Positions 27,283 to 36,110 of a stretch of DNA of 64,000 bases are shown one piece after another (within the stretch, counting starts at the first letter, position 1; every line of letters starts with the position of its first letter). This DNA comes from Patescibacteria group bacterium (lineage in GTDB: Bacteria > Patescibacteriota > Patescibacteriia > PEXW01). Position numbers and translations under genes: made by a program. The stretch is from the NCBI GenBank assembly GCA_041738495.1, contig JBGSPR010000011.1:1495-65494 (forward strand). The letters are read 5' to 3'. The notes beneath the pieces are model-generated. The model made no database searches. It worked only from the letters and a program-made list of their open reading frames with translations, and was not told where the DNA came from.

Positions 27283-29653
27283 GCTCTCACCACGCGTTCG
27301 GCGCCTGCTCACTTTGGCGGTCATCCTCATCGTCACCGGGTTTTTCGTACGTGCGTTTCAGCAAAGCTGGAACCAAGTGCGTGAAGCGTTACGACCGCCG
27401 CACTGGGGATGGCTCGCGGTATCCTTTGTAGGTTTCTCTTCCTACTACGCAGCGCGCATCGCCGGGTGGCGCCGCGTGCTTGCTACCCTTGGCTACCCAC
27501 TACCCCGTCGCGCAGCGGCACGTACGCTCATGCTGTCTGAAGTCACGCGGTACGTTCCTGGAAACGTGTGGAGCGTACTCGGGAGGATAGGGTTGAGTAC
27601 GAAGCAGGGAGTACCAGCAGATCGTGCTGTTGTTGCAACGATAGCCGAAATTCTCGCACTCCTCGCTGCCTCACTGATTGTGGGTGGTGGCCTTGCTGCG
27701 CTCACCGACGAGGTTCCTCGCTGGGTACGTTTCGGCGCAGTCCTGGGTGGGGCAGCGGCACTTGCGTGCGCGCTCGCTTTCCGTAAACTCGAACGACTCG
27801 TGCAGTGGGTATTCCGGCGAGTGCAGAAAGAGGGTGCGCCTCTGCAGTTTCCAGCACGCGCGTTCCTACGCGTTGTTGGAACGTTCGTGTTCGCCTGGGT
27901 AGGATTTTCCGTTGGGAGCTACGCGGTTGCCGCGGCGTTCCTCAAACTCCAGCCCGGGACAGCAATCCTTCTCCTCGCGACGTTCCCCATTGCGTGGTTC
28001 TTGGGGTACGCCAGTTTCGTTACGCCAAGCGGGATTGGGGTTCGCGAAGCTGCCGTTGCCGTACTCCTCGCACCGGTCTACGGTAGTATGGGTGCGATCA
28101 TTGCCACGTACTCGCGCATTGCCATGACGGTTGTAGAGCTCGCTTGGGTTGCTGGAAGCGCGTGGCAGGATGTTGCACATGGCCTGGCGGTGGCCTGGCG
28201 GTGGCTGCGCAGCCCTCGCGGTGTAGTCGTCGTGGTGACGTTCGCGTTTGCCGCGTACTTCAGCGTGGTAACGCTCACCATGCACGCGAAGGTCATTACG
28301 AGCAGATTCGACCTCGGGAACATGACGCAAACCGTTTGGAACACCAGTCAGGGACGATTTTTCGAGTTCACCGATCCGTACGGGACAACGCTCGCGCAGC
28401 GGTTCATCCACCACGCCGACGTCCTCCTCGTGCTCTTCGCGCCACTTTACTGGGTGTACGCGAGTCCCAACGTCCTCCTCGTCGCGCAGGCAGTAATCGT
28501 TGCGCTTGGTGGGTGGCTCGTCTTTCGTCTGGCCAAAAAAGTGCTGGGCCATGAGTGGCTGGCTGCGGTGCTCGCGCTCAGCTACCTCTTCTACCCAACG
28601 TTGCAACGCGCGGTCATGTTCGACTTCCACGCGCTCACATTGGGCGCAACGTTCGCTGTAGGTATGGCGTGGGCGTACGTGGAACGTCGCTGGCGGTGGT
28701 TTGCAGTTTTCGCAGCACTTCTGTGCATGAGCAAGGAAGAACTACCGATCATGGTAGCGAGCTTCGGCGTTCTCATGTTGGTTCGAGAGTGGCGTGATAC
28801 ACGCGTGCGGCGCATTGCCTTCGCAACCGTTGCACTCTCCGTGGTGTACTTTGGATTCACGTACTTCGCCATCATGCCAGCAGCGCGTTCAAACCAACCG
28901 AGTAAGTACGTCGTGCAGTACGACGTTCTCGGAGATACACCTTCGGAGATGGTTCGCACTGCAGTGCAGAATCCTTCGCTGTTGCTTTCCATGATTGCCG
29001 GAAAGCAAGCGCGGCATATGTACGCAGGGCAGCTGGGTCCCGTCGGCTTCTTGCCGCTCGCAAGTCCGGCGTGGCTCGCGTTAGCCTGGCCAGACTACGT
29101 GGTGAATCTTTTCAACGAACGCATTGAACCGCGTTTGATGATCTACCACTACCAAGCGACGATTGGTGGCTTTGTCTTCGTAGCAACGATATTTGGCATT
29201 GCAGCACTTCGCAAACGGGTTGAACCATTCTGGGACAGGAGGATGCGGCGCGTACTCAAGCTTTCCTTTTCCGGAGTGATCATTACGTACCTCGTCGTGG
29301 TTGGAGGAGTGGAGTCGTACCGGTTGAGCCCGATGCCGTACAGCCAAACGCGAGACATGCGCGTGTTCTGGCCGGCACCAATGGCACCTATCATTCACGA
29401 AGCAATCGCACAGGTACCCGATAGCGCTCGTGTTTCAGCAACGAACACAGTTGGCGCGCAGCTCGCGCACCGTCGATTCCTCTACCAATTCCCGCAAGGA
29501 ATTGGTGAGGCCGACTACATTCTCATCCTCCTAGCCAGAGAGGGAACCCTGGAGTGGCAGCGAAACCACGTGCAAGCCGAGGCACTGGAAACCGATGATC
29601 GCTACGAGCGGGTGACGTCGACCAAGAATTTCACCATGTACCGCAAGCGCTAG
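27260..29653 (+). CDS. Fusion of LPG-synthase-TM/UPF0104 flippase-like domain and DUF2079-like GT-C membrane domain, 797 aa
   Basis: N-terminal part: RYVPGNVW and TPSGIGVRE (flippase-like). C-terminal part: FDLGNMTQTVWNT, FDFH, KEE, YHY (DUF2079-like). Confidence 0.72.
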   Translation: MGVAPLPKLSPRVRRLLTLAVILIVTGFFVRAFQQSWNQVREALRPPHWGWLAVSFVGFSSYYAARIAGWRRVLATLGYPLPRRAAARTLMLSEVTRYVPGNVWSVLGRIGLSTKQGVPADRAVVATIAEILALLAASLIVGGGLAALTDEVPRWVRFGAVLGGAAALACALAFRKLERLVQWVFRRVQKEGAPLQFPARAFLRVVGTFVFAWVGFSVGSYAVAAAFLKLQPGTAILLLATFPIAWFLGYASFVTPSGIGVREAAVAVLLAPVYGSMGAIIATYSRIAMTVVELAWVAGSAWQDVAHGLAVAWRWLRSPRGVVVVVTFAFAAYFSVVTLTMHAKVITSRFDLGNMTQTVWNTSQGRFFEFTDPYGTTLAQRFIHHADVLLVLFAPLYWVYASPNVLLVAQAVIVALGGWLVFRLAKKVLGHEWLAAVLALSYLFYPTLQRAVMFDFHALTLGATFAVGMAWAYVERRWRWFAVFAALLCMSKEELPIMVASFGVLMLVREWRDTRVRRIAFATVALSVVYFGFTYFAIMPAARSNQPSKYVVQYDVLGDTPSEMVRTAVQNPSLLLSMIAGKQARHMYAGQLGPVGFLPLASPAWLALAWPDYVVNLFNERIEPRLMIYHYQATIGGFVFVATIFGIAALRKRVEPFWDRRMRRVLKLSFSGVIITYLVVVGGVESYRLSPMPYSQTRDMRVFWPAPMAPIIHEAIAQVPDSARVSATNTVGAQLAHRRFLYQFPQGIGEADYILILLAREGTLEWQRNHVQAEALETDDRYERVTSTKNFTMYRKR

Positions 29654-29656
29654 CGT

Positions 29657-30736
29657 ATGGCGAGGATTGCGGTTGCCATGTCAGGAGGGGTTGATTCTTC
29701 CGTGACGGCGTACCTCCTGCAACGTGCTGGCCACACGGTACGCGGTGTTTTCATGAAGAACTACGAACCACCACCTCAGAGCAACCAGCCATGCCCGTGG
29801 GAGGCGGATCAAGAAGACGTTCGTCGAGTCTGCGAGCGCTTGGGGGTAACTTGGGAAACTTGGAATTTCGAGAGGGACTACGCTGAGCGAGTGCTGGACT
29901 ACTTCTTCCGCGAGTACAGTGCGGGGCGCACGCCGAATCCCGACGTCATGTGCAATCGTGAGGTCAAGTTTGGCGTCTTCCTCCAACGCGCTCTCAGCGA
30001 AGGCTTCGATGCCATTGCCACTGGTCACTACGCACGAATACGTGAGGTGGGTGGTGCATTCCAGCTCCTCGCCGGCGTAGACCGTGGGAAAGACCAATCG
30101 TACTTCCTGCACGCGCTCAACCAATCTATGCTCAGCAGGACGTACTTTCCCATTGGCAATCACACGAAGACCGAAGTACGTGGTATCGCACGGTCAGCGA
30201 AACTCCCGACAGCAGAAAAACCAGATAGCCAGGGCATATGCTTCGTTGGCAAGGTGAACGTTACGGATTTCCTCAAACAGCACCTCCACGCACTGCCTGG
30301 TCCGGTGGTTACAGCGAGTGGCGCGCGCGTCGGCGAGCACATCGGCTTACCGTACTACACCATTGGGCAGCGACACGGCCTTGGTGTTGGCGGTGGGGTG
30401 CCGTACTACGTTGCTCGGAAAAATCTTCAGAAGAATACCCTCATCGTAGCAGAAGGGGATCGTGACCCCATTCTCTACGCACGGGCACTCGAAGCAACTG
30501 CCCCAACGTGGGTAAGTGGTCAGGTGCCTGGAGAAGAATTCTCCTGCAATGCGCGGATACGCTACCGTCAACCACTCGTGTCGTGTACGGTACGCTCAAG
30601 TGGCGAGACGCTGCACGTTACATTCGCACAACTCCAGCGCGCAATTACACCTGGACAAGCAATCGTTTTCTACGACGAAGACGTGTGCCTGGGTGGAGCC
30701 ACGATTGACCACGTGCTTGAGGAGCGGTCTGCCTAG
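29657..30736 (+). CDS. mnmA: tRNA 2-thiouridylase MnmA
   Basis: AMSGGVDSS, GRTPNPDVMCN, ATGHYA, KDQSYFL, DSQGICF, TIGQR, TPGQ. Confidence 0.97.
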   Translation: MARIAVAMSGGVDSSVTAYLLQRAGHTVRGVFMKNYEPPPQSNQPCPWEADQEDVRRVCERLGVTWETWNFERDYAERVLDYFFREYSAGRTPNPDVMCNREVKFGVFLQRALSEGFDAIATGHYARIREVGGAFQLLAGVDRGKDQSYFLHALNQSMLSRTYFPIGNHTKTEVRGIARSAKLPTAEKPDSQGICFVGKVNVTDFLKQHLHALPGPVVTASGARVGEHIGLPYYTIGQRHGLGVGGGVPYYVARKNLQKNTLIVAEGDRDPILYARALEATAPTWVSGQVPGEEFSCNARIRYRQPLVSCTVRSSGETLHVTFAQLQRAITPGQAIVFYDEDVCLGGATIDHVLEERSA

Positions 30737-31506
30737 GGGTTGATGCGCGGTGACTGGCGTGCTTTTTTCCAAGCAAACGCTACCACAGCGACGAGGAGAA
30801 CAATGCCAACAATAATGAGGATGAGCCCTGTTCGGCCATCGCCCGTTTCTTCCGTTGTCGTCGCGTTCACGTTCGTTTGGTCACTCGTTGCATCGAGAAT
30901 ACCAGTGTTCGTATTCTCGTTTGCGTTATCATTGAACACGCTGGTCGTCGTATTTGCATTGGCCGCTGCGTTCACGTTCTTGTTCGCGTTGGTGTTGGTG
31001 TTCCTATTCACGGTTGTGGCGGTATTCGTGTTCTTGTTTGCATTCACGTTCTTGTTCACCGTAGTATTTGTATTCTTATTCACGTTGCTATTTACTGAGG
31101 TATTCGTATTTGCGTTCGCCGTCGCATTGGTATTCGTTGTTGCCGCCGCTGAAGTTGTCAGCGTGGTATCCGTACTCGTTGCCTCATTGCCAGCAGCGTC
31201 TTTTGATCGGACGCGAAAGTGGTACTGCGTCCCGGCGGTGAGACCGAGCAGCGTCACGCTGTGTGCCGTGAGGTACTCGCCACTCCCGAGTGTGTTCCCG
31301 TACACGTCCGTAGGACCAAAATCCACATAACTCGTGGCTGCCTCGTTGGTTGACCAACTCACAACCGCCGTGGATGCGGTAACTGAACTCACCGTAACCC
31401 CGGAAATTGAGGGTTTCGTGACGTCCGTGGCAACATTCGTCTGTGCCAGTGTAGGCTGGACGAGGAGGAAGGCGAGAGTACTCGCGAGGGCAAGCATTTT
31501 GCGCAT
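30733..31506 (-). CDS. Surface protein: signal peptide, FN3-like domain, Asn/Thr-rich stalk, C-terminal TM anchor
   Basis: WSTNEAATS..HSVTLLGLTAGTQYHFRVRSKDAAGN; NTN repeats; TM helix followed by KKARQ. Start at ATG 31506. Confidence 0.8.
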   Translation of the reverse strand: MRKMLALASTLAFLLVQPTLAQTNVATDVTKPSISGVTVSSVTASTAVVSWSTNEAATSYVDFGPTDVYGNTLGSGEYLTAHSVTLLGLTAGTQYHFRVRSKDAAGNEATSTDTTLTTSAAATTNTNATANANTNTSVNSNVNKNTNTTVNKNVNANKNTNTATTVNRNTNTNANKNVNAAANANTTTSVFNDNANENTNTGILDATSDQTNVNATTTEETGDGRTGLILIIVGIVLLVAVVAFAWKKARQSPRINP

Positions 31507-31507
31507 A

Positions 31508-31559
31508 TGGTACAATCCTTTCACCTCGTAGTATACACAATACTGCCCTATGGAAGCAA
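31508..31559. promoter_or_regulatory. Divergent promoter region
   Basis: Plus strand: TGGTACAAT (31508-31516). Minus strand: TTGCTT, 18 nt, TATACT (31535-31530), followed by an SD-like GAGGTG. Confidence 0.45.
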
Positions 31560-32164
31560 AACGTGAGTACACGGTAATCGGCGCTGGGGTAGGCATCCTC
31601 ATCGTCATCGCGGCACTCCTCATCTGGTCTGGTTCCTGGTCATCTCGAGACACCGCATCGAATGCGAACTCGCAACCTACACCCCAAACTATGTCCTACA
31701 CGTTTCCTGGCGTACTCGCAGACGAAAAAATCCAGAATAAGAAAGCGGTCATTACGACAGCGAAGGGGGTCATTGAATTCGACCTGCTCGCAGAGGCGGC
31801 GCCAAAATCAGTGAGCAACTTCGTGTACCTCGCGGGTGAAGGCTTCTACGATGGTTTGACCTTCCACCGCGTAGAACCAGGGTTCGTCATCCAGGGTGGG
31901 GACCCCATAGGTACCGGGGGCGGCGGGCCTGGGTACGAGTTTGAAGATGAGCCAGTTGTTGGAGAGTACACCGAAGGGGCAGTTGCAATGGCTAATGCTG
32001 GCCCTGATACGAATGGCTCGCAATTCTTCATTACCCTAGGTGACCAGAGCACGAACCTCACGAAGAGTTACAACCTCTTCGGGCGTGTGACGAAAGGTAT
32101 GGAAGTCGTGAAGTCCATCGCCGTAGGCGATGTCATGGACACCGTGCACGTTGTCTCACGGTAG
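31550..32164 (+). CDS. Membrane-anchored cyclophilin-type peptidyl-prolyl isomerase
   Basis: FYDGLTFHRV, FVIQGGDP, AMANAGPDTNGSQFFI; N-terminal TM helix. Confidence 0.92.
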   Translation: MEAKREYTVIGAGVGILIVIAALLIWSGSWSSRDTASNANSQPTPQTMSYTFPGVLADEKIQNKKAVITTAKGVIEFDLLAEAAPKSVSNFVYLAGEGFYDGLTFHRVEPGFVIQGGDPIGTGGGGPGYEFEDEPVVGEYTEGAVAMANAGPDTNGSQFFITLGDQSTNLTKSYNLFGRVTKGMEVVKSIAVGDVMDTVHVVSR

Positions 32165-33106
32165 GGTAACCTTGAGAAACGCGGGGTAACCGCGGAGGAA
32201 AGCGTGCGCATCGATCGGTGCCTTCCCTGGTACTTGCACTTGCTGCACGACCAGGGCATCTTGCGGAGTACGGACGGCGAATCCGAGCGGGTGGTGTGCA
32301 ATGCTTCCGGGAAGGCCTTTGTCGGGCACAACCGTTACCTTGAGGATTTTTACGTCCTTGTTGTTCCAGGAGAAGTACGTTCCTGGCCACGGCACGAGCG
32401 CGCGAACTTTACGTTCCAATGACGCTGCTGGTTGGTGGAAGAGTAGTTGGCCGTCTTCGTGCGTGAGTTTTCTCGCAGTCGTCACACCTTCTGCTGGTTG
32501 TGGCTCTGGGGTGCGTTCACCTTTGAGGTAGGGGATGAGGTGCTGGGCGAGTAGGCGAGCGCTCAACTCGGCGAGGAACGTGCTCAGCTCGTGCGTCGTG
32601 ATTGTTGGAGATATGGGGAGTTCCTGCGAAGCGAACGTTGGACCAGTATCCATGCCAGCATCAATGCGCATGAGCGTTACTCCAGTCACCGCATCGCCCG
32701 AGAGAAGTGCGTGCTGGATAGGGGATGCACCACGCCAGCGTGGGAGGAGGGAAGCGTGCGCGTTCACCCAGCCGTGCGGGAATGCGTTGAGCAGGGAGGC
32801 GGGAATAATCAGCCCGTAGGCTACGACGACTGCGACATCGGCCTGGAGCCCGCGGAGCGCAGCGTGCACGTCCGGCTGGCGAAGGGTGTCTGGCGTGAGC
32901 GTGAAGTACCCAAGCTTACGGGCGAGGGCGTGGACGGGATTCTTCTGCACGGTCATACCACGTCCGTGCGGTTTCGGTTTTTGCGTAAGTACTGCAACAA
33001 CGTCAACGTCCGGCATGCTGCTGAGCGCGCGCAAACTCGGCACGGCGTAGGCGGGCGAGCCAGCGAACACCACTCTCCAGTGACTACTCGATTCGCGGAC
33101 GTTCAC
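32156..33106 (-). CDS. fmt: Methionyl-tRNA formyltransferase
   Basis: VVAYG, NAHASLLPRWRGASPIQ, GMDTG, PWPG. Confidence 0.94.
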   Translation of the reverse strand: MNVRESSSHWRVVFAGSPAYAVPSLRALSSMPDVDVVAVLTQKPKPHGRGMTVQKNPVHALARKLGYFTLTPDTLRQPDVHAALRGLQADVAVVVAYGLIIPASLLNAFPHGWVNAHASLLPRWRGASPIQHALLSGDAVTGVTLMRIDAGMDTGPTFASQELPISPTITTHELSTFLAELSARLLAQHLIPYLKGERTPEPQPAEGVTTARKLTHEDGQLLFHQPAASLERKVRALVPWPGTYFSWNNKDVKILKVTVVPDKGLPGSIAHHPLGFAVRTPQDALVVQQVQVPGKAPIDAHAFLRGYPAFLKVTLP

Positions 33107-33566
33107 CTTTGGTGTAGCGCGTTACCTTCTCGGTGAAGAGTACGCCATCGACGTGATCCACCTCGTGCTGGATGATACGGGCGAAGAGCCCCTCTGCGTT
33201 GACCGTCAGTGCGTTTCCATTTCGGTCGAGAGCACTCAGGGTTATGCGCTTGTTCCGCCTGACCAAACCGAATACTCCGGGGATAGAGAGGCACCCCTCC
33301 TCCATTGTTTCCTTCAGGAAGGAGCGCTTCGTAATCTGGGGGTTGACGTACACCATAGCGCCATCTCTCGTCGTGACGACGATGATGCGCTTCGTTTCAC
33401 CAACCTGGGTTGCAGCAAGACCAATGCCATCCGCTGCGAACATCGTCTCCACCATATCATCGATGAAGCGTTGTACCTGGGGTTTTTTGAGTTCACCCAC
33501 GGGCAGCGGTTCTACACGCGTTCGGAGAATGCGGTTCGGAATAGTGACTATGGGAATTCTCGACAT
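33084..33566 (-). CDS. def: Peptide deformylase
   Basis: GIGLAATQ, EGCLS, QHEVDH. Start at ATG 33566. Confidence 0.95.
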   Translation of the reverse strand: MSRIPIVTIPNRILRTRVEPLPVGELKKPQVQRFIDDMVETMFAADGIGLAATQVGETKRIIVVTTRDGAMVYVNPQITKRSFLKETMEEGCLSIPGVFGLVRRNKRITLSALDRNGNALTVNAEGLFARIIQHEVDHVDGVLFTEKVTRYTKGERPRIE

Positions 33567-33572
33567 TAGCGT

Positions 33573-33601
33573 AGGGTATCGTGGAACGCGTGGATTGTCA
33601 A
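33573..33601 (-). promoter_or_regulatory. Leaderless-type promoter of def-fmt
   Basis: TTGACA (33601-33596), 17 nt, TACCCT, 6 nt, ATG. Confidence 0.65.
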
Positions 33602-35316
33602 AGCACGCGCGGTGGATCAACGGTCGCTTCCCAGGTGGGGTGCAGGTTGGTACGTACGCTGCTGAGGAGTGCTTCACGCGTTTCCTGCGTACACCGAATT
33701 ATCCACATTTCTGGCTGTTGCACGAGTTGCGTACCTGTTGGGAGGAACCCCGGATCCAATGGCTGCGTAGCACGTTTCCTCACCCGTTCTCGTGCCCGTA
33801 GGAGTACGAGCGTGCCAGCTGGAGGGTAGTGTAGCTGCATCCGCTGGTCGAGCGTTCCCGCAAGCCACGACGCCGTATTCGCGAGTGCGATCACTGCTGG
33901 TGCAGAGGGTTGGAAGGTCGGTACGTACAGGTACCCGTTCGTTGGAAGAAACTGCCGGACGAAGGCAACGGTATCGAGGAATTCTTCTTCACCGCGGTAC
34001 GTGCCAGGGCGACAGAGTGTGTCTGCCTGGACAATGACAGCGGCTGAAAAGCGAAGGTGGGGGAAGCGCGCAAGTGCTTCAGTAGCAACAACGTGAGGAG
34101 ATTCTGGGTGTACTTGGTGCAATCGATCCACAATGCCAACCTGCACACCTGAATGGGCGATGGTACGTGCTGTTGCAGAAATTCCTAGGGAACGGTTTGA
34201 AAAGTTCACCCCCTTACAGGCGTGGCAGTGCTCCGGGGCAACCATACGGAGGTTGTCCTGCTCACACCAGAGTTGCCCGGCAGTAGCAACCCGAAGAGGT
34301 TTGTCGCACGTGGGGCACAGAACCGGTACACCGCAATCGCTGCACGTGTAGCGACCAGCCTCAGCGACGCGATTGTGGAACCATAGGGTTCTCGTGCCTG
34401 CGAGTTGTTCCACGAGGTGGAGGGGTACGATTTCCTTTCGTTCGGTACTGCGTTCATTCGACCGGTCGAGGACGCGAACTTCCGCTGCCGGAAGTGGAGC
34501 GAGTTCGCTCTTTTGGGAGCCAGCGAGTTCAGCAACGGGTGGGTTTACCCAACGCGCGAGTACCGATACCTTTGCTCCGTGGACCTCGGCGAGCTTTGCC
34601 GCAACGCGTCGGATATCTACGCGAGGAGCCTGCGCGAATGCGAAGTAGGCGTGGTCGTCTGCGAGATCAATGATGACGCGGTGCAATTTCTGGAACGGTG
34701 CGAAGAGCCCGGCATGCGTGGTAACAAAGAAACGGGTGTGAGGCGAGCGAAACTTCTCCATCGCTTTCACATTCTGCTTGGCTTGTGGGTGAATGAATAC
34801 GGTTTGCGATTCAGAAAGCTTACTCAACCAGATGCTCGCGTAGTCTTGGGATGGGCACAGTACGAACGTCGCTTCGCCCGCTGCAGCGAGGCGTTGACTC
34901 CATGATTTTACAACGCGTTCTCTGTCTTGGAGAGTAGGTGCAAGCGTGAGTGTTGTCTGCAACGCTCCCGAACGAACACGTTCTCCTCGCGCGCCTTTGA
35001 TTGCTGGCATGAACGATCGCGCGATGACATTCAAGGGTGTGCAGGTTTCCGCCTGCATCCAACGAGCGATCGCAAGTTGCTCTGCGGTGAGGTATTCGGA
35101 TGTTTGACTGCTCACGCTCTTCAGCGGGCGCGTGCGTTCTTCGGCGGAGAGCATTTCCCACACAACGCCGCGCACAGACGTTGATCGGAATGGAACGCGC
35201 ACAATATCGCCAACCTGGAGTGTGCGGAGCGCGGGGAGTGCGTAGTCTAAGAGTGCAACCGACGGGGCAAGTCGGATGAGTGGGATGACGCGGGCAACGC
35301 GTGTTTTCGTGCTCAC
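33598..35316 (-). CDS. priA: Primosomal protein N' (PriA) homologue with degenerate helicase motifs
   Basis: N-terminal LDY..GDIVRVPF, GLFAP, Cys-rich Zn region, YPP. Walker A and DExH are not intact. GTG start overlaps the upstream TGA. Confidence 0.75.
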   Translation of the reverse strand: MSTKTRVARVIPLIRLAPSVALLDYALPALRTLQVGDIVRVPFRSTSVRGVVWEMLSAEERTRPLKSVSSQTSEYLTAEQLAIARWMQAETCTPLNVIARSFMPAIKGARGERVRSGALQTTLTLAPTLQDRERVVKSWSQRLAAAGEATFVLCPSQDYASIWLSKLSESQTVFIHPQAKQNVKAMEKFRSPHTRFFVTTHAGLFAPFQKLHRVIIDLADDHAYFAFAQAPRVDIRRVAAKLAEVHGAKVSVLARWVNPPVAELAGSQKSELAPLPAAEVRVLDRSNERSTERKEIVPLHLVEQLAGTRTLWFHNRVAEAGRYTCSDCGVPVLCPTCDKPLRVATAGQLWCEQDNLRMVAPEHCHACKGVNFSNRSLGISATARTIAHSGVQVGIVDRLHQVHPESPHVVATEALARFPHLRFSAAVIVQADTLCRPGTYRGEEEFLDTVAFVRQFLPTNGYLYVPTFQPSAPAVIALANTASWLAGTLDQRMQLHYPPAGTLVLLRARERVRKRATQPLDPGFLPTGTQLVQQPEMWIIRCTQETREALLSSVRTNLHPTWEATVDPPRVL

Positions 35317-36107
35317 ACTGGTTGCCACGTCACCACGCTGTAGGCGACACCGTACAGCGTTTCCTCGACGTGTACGGTTGGCTTGAGTTGCAAGGCATTC
35401 GTGCAACCCGCGAGTAGCGCGGTACTCAGGGCACCGCACGACAGCACCTCCCGGACATCATCATTCGTGACGGTTTCCAGGTAGCGCTGTAACTTCCGCT
35501 CTCGCGTTGCCGTTTGCCATGCTGCACAGAAAGCTGAAGCCTTTTGGGATTTTCCCGTAGGCGCTTCGTCGCTGCACCGCGCGGACAGTTCGCCTGAGGC
35601 GATGAGGACGACGCGTTCTCGGGCTTGAACGAGTTCAGGGTGGAGGAGGGCGCCGAACCGAACGTGCGCGGCAGGGGATTGAGTACTGGTAGACATCTCA
35701 ACCCAACGTGGTTGCGGGTGCAGGTCACGCAGCAAGAGCGCAGGAACGCTCATGCCGTAGGTCATGCTCGCGTCGTGAACAGCGGCCACAGGTGCGTGCG
35801 CCTCGAGGTGTTCTTTCAGATGGTACGAAAACTTCGGCGCAGCAGGTACTGTTACGTTCGTCGTGAGATCGCCAAAATTCTCAAATGTCCCGGTGTACTG
35901 CTTGGCGAGGTTGAACGTGTAGTGATCCCCAAAGCTAGGTGCGTGTGGGTTGATGCACAGGATGATGTCTGGCTGCAACGCGTGTACCCACTGCGCGGCT
36001 TCTTCGCAGGCATGCTGAAGTCCGCGCATGCGTTTGGCGTGAGCAGGTTCAGTTGTAGGAAGGAGCAACGGTGTGTGCGGGAGGAGGGCTGCCCCGACAA
36101 TGCTCAT
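35313..36107 (-). CDS. LigB/Memo-fold (AmmeMemoRadiSam B-like) protein, divergent
   Basis: PHTPLLLP, PD..INPH, FENFGD, LIASGELS, SCG, YGVAY. Confidence 0.65.
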   Translation of the reverse strand: MSIVGAALLPHTPLLLPTTEPAHAKRMRGLQHACEEAAQWVHALQPDIILCINPHAPSFGDHYTFNLAKQYTGTFENFGDLTTNVTVPAAPKFSYHLKEHLEAHAPVAAVHDASMTYGMSVPALLLRDLHPQPRWVEMSTSTQSPAAHVRFGALLHPELVQARERVVLIASGELSARCSDEAPTGKSQKASAFCAAWQTATRERKLQRYLETVTNDDVREVLSCGALSTALLAGCTNALQLKPTVHVEETLYGVAYSVVTWQPV

Positions 36108-36110
36108 AGT

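Noticed and set aside
30740-31330. Val/Phe/Leu-rich 196-aa plus-strand ORF that looks like a membrane protein
   Set aside because: It is the reverse complement of the Asn/Thr/Lys codon repeats of the FN3 gene.
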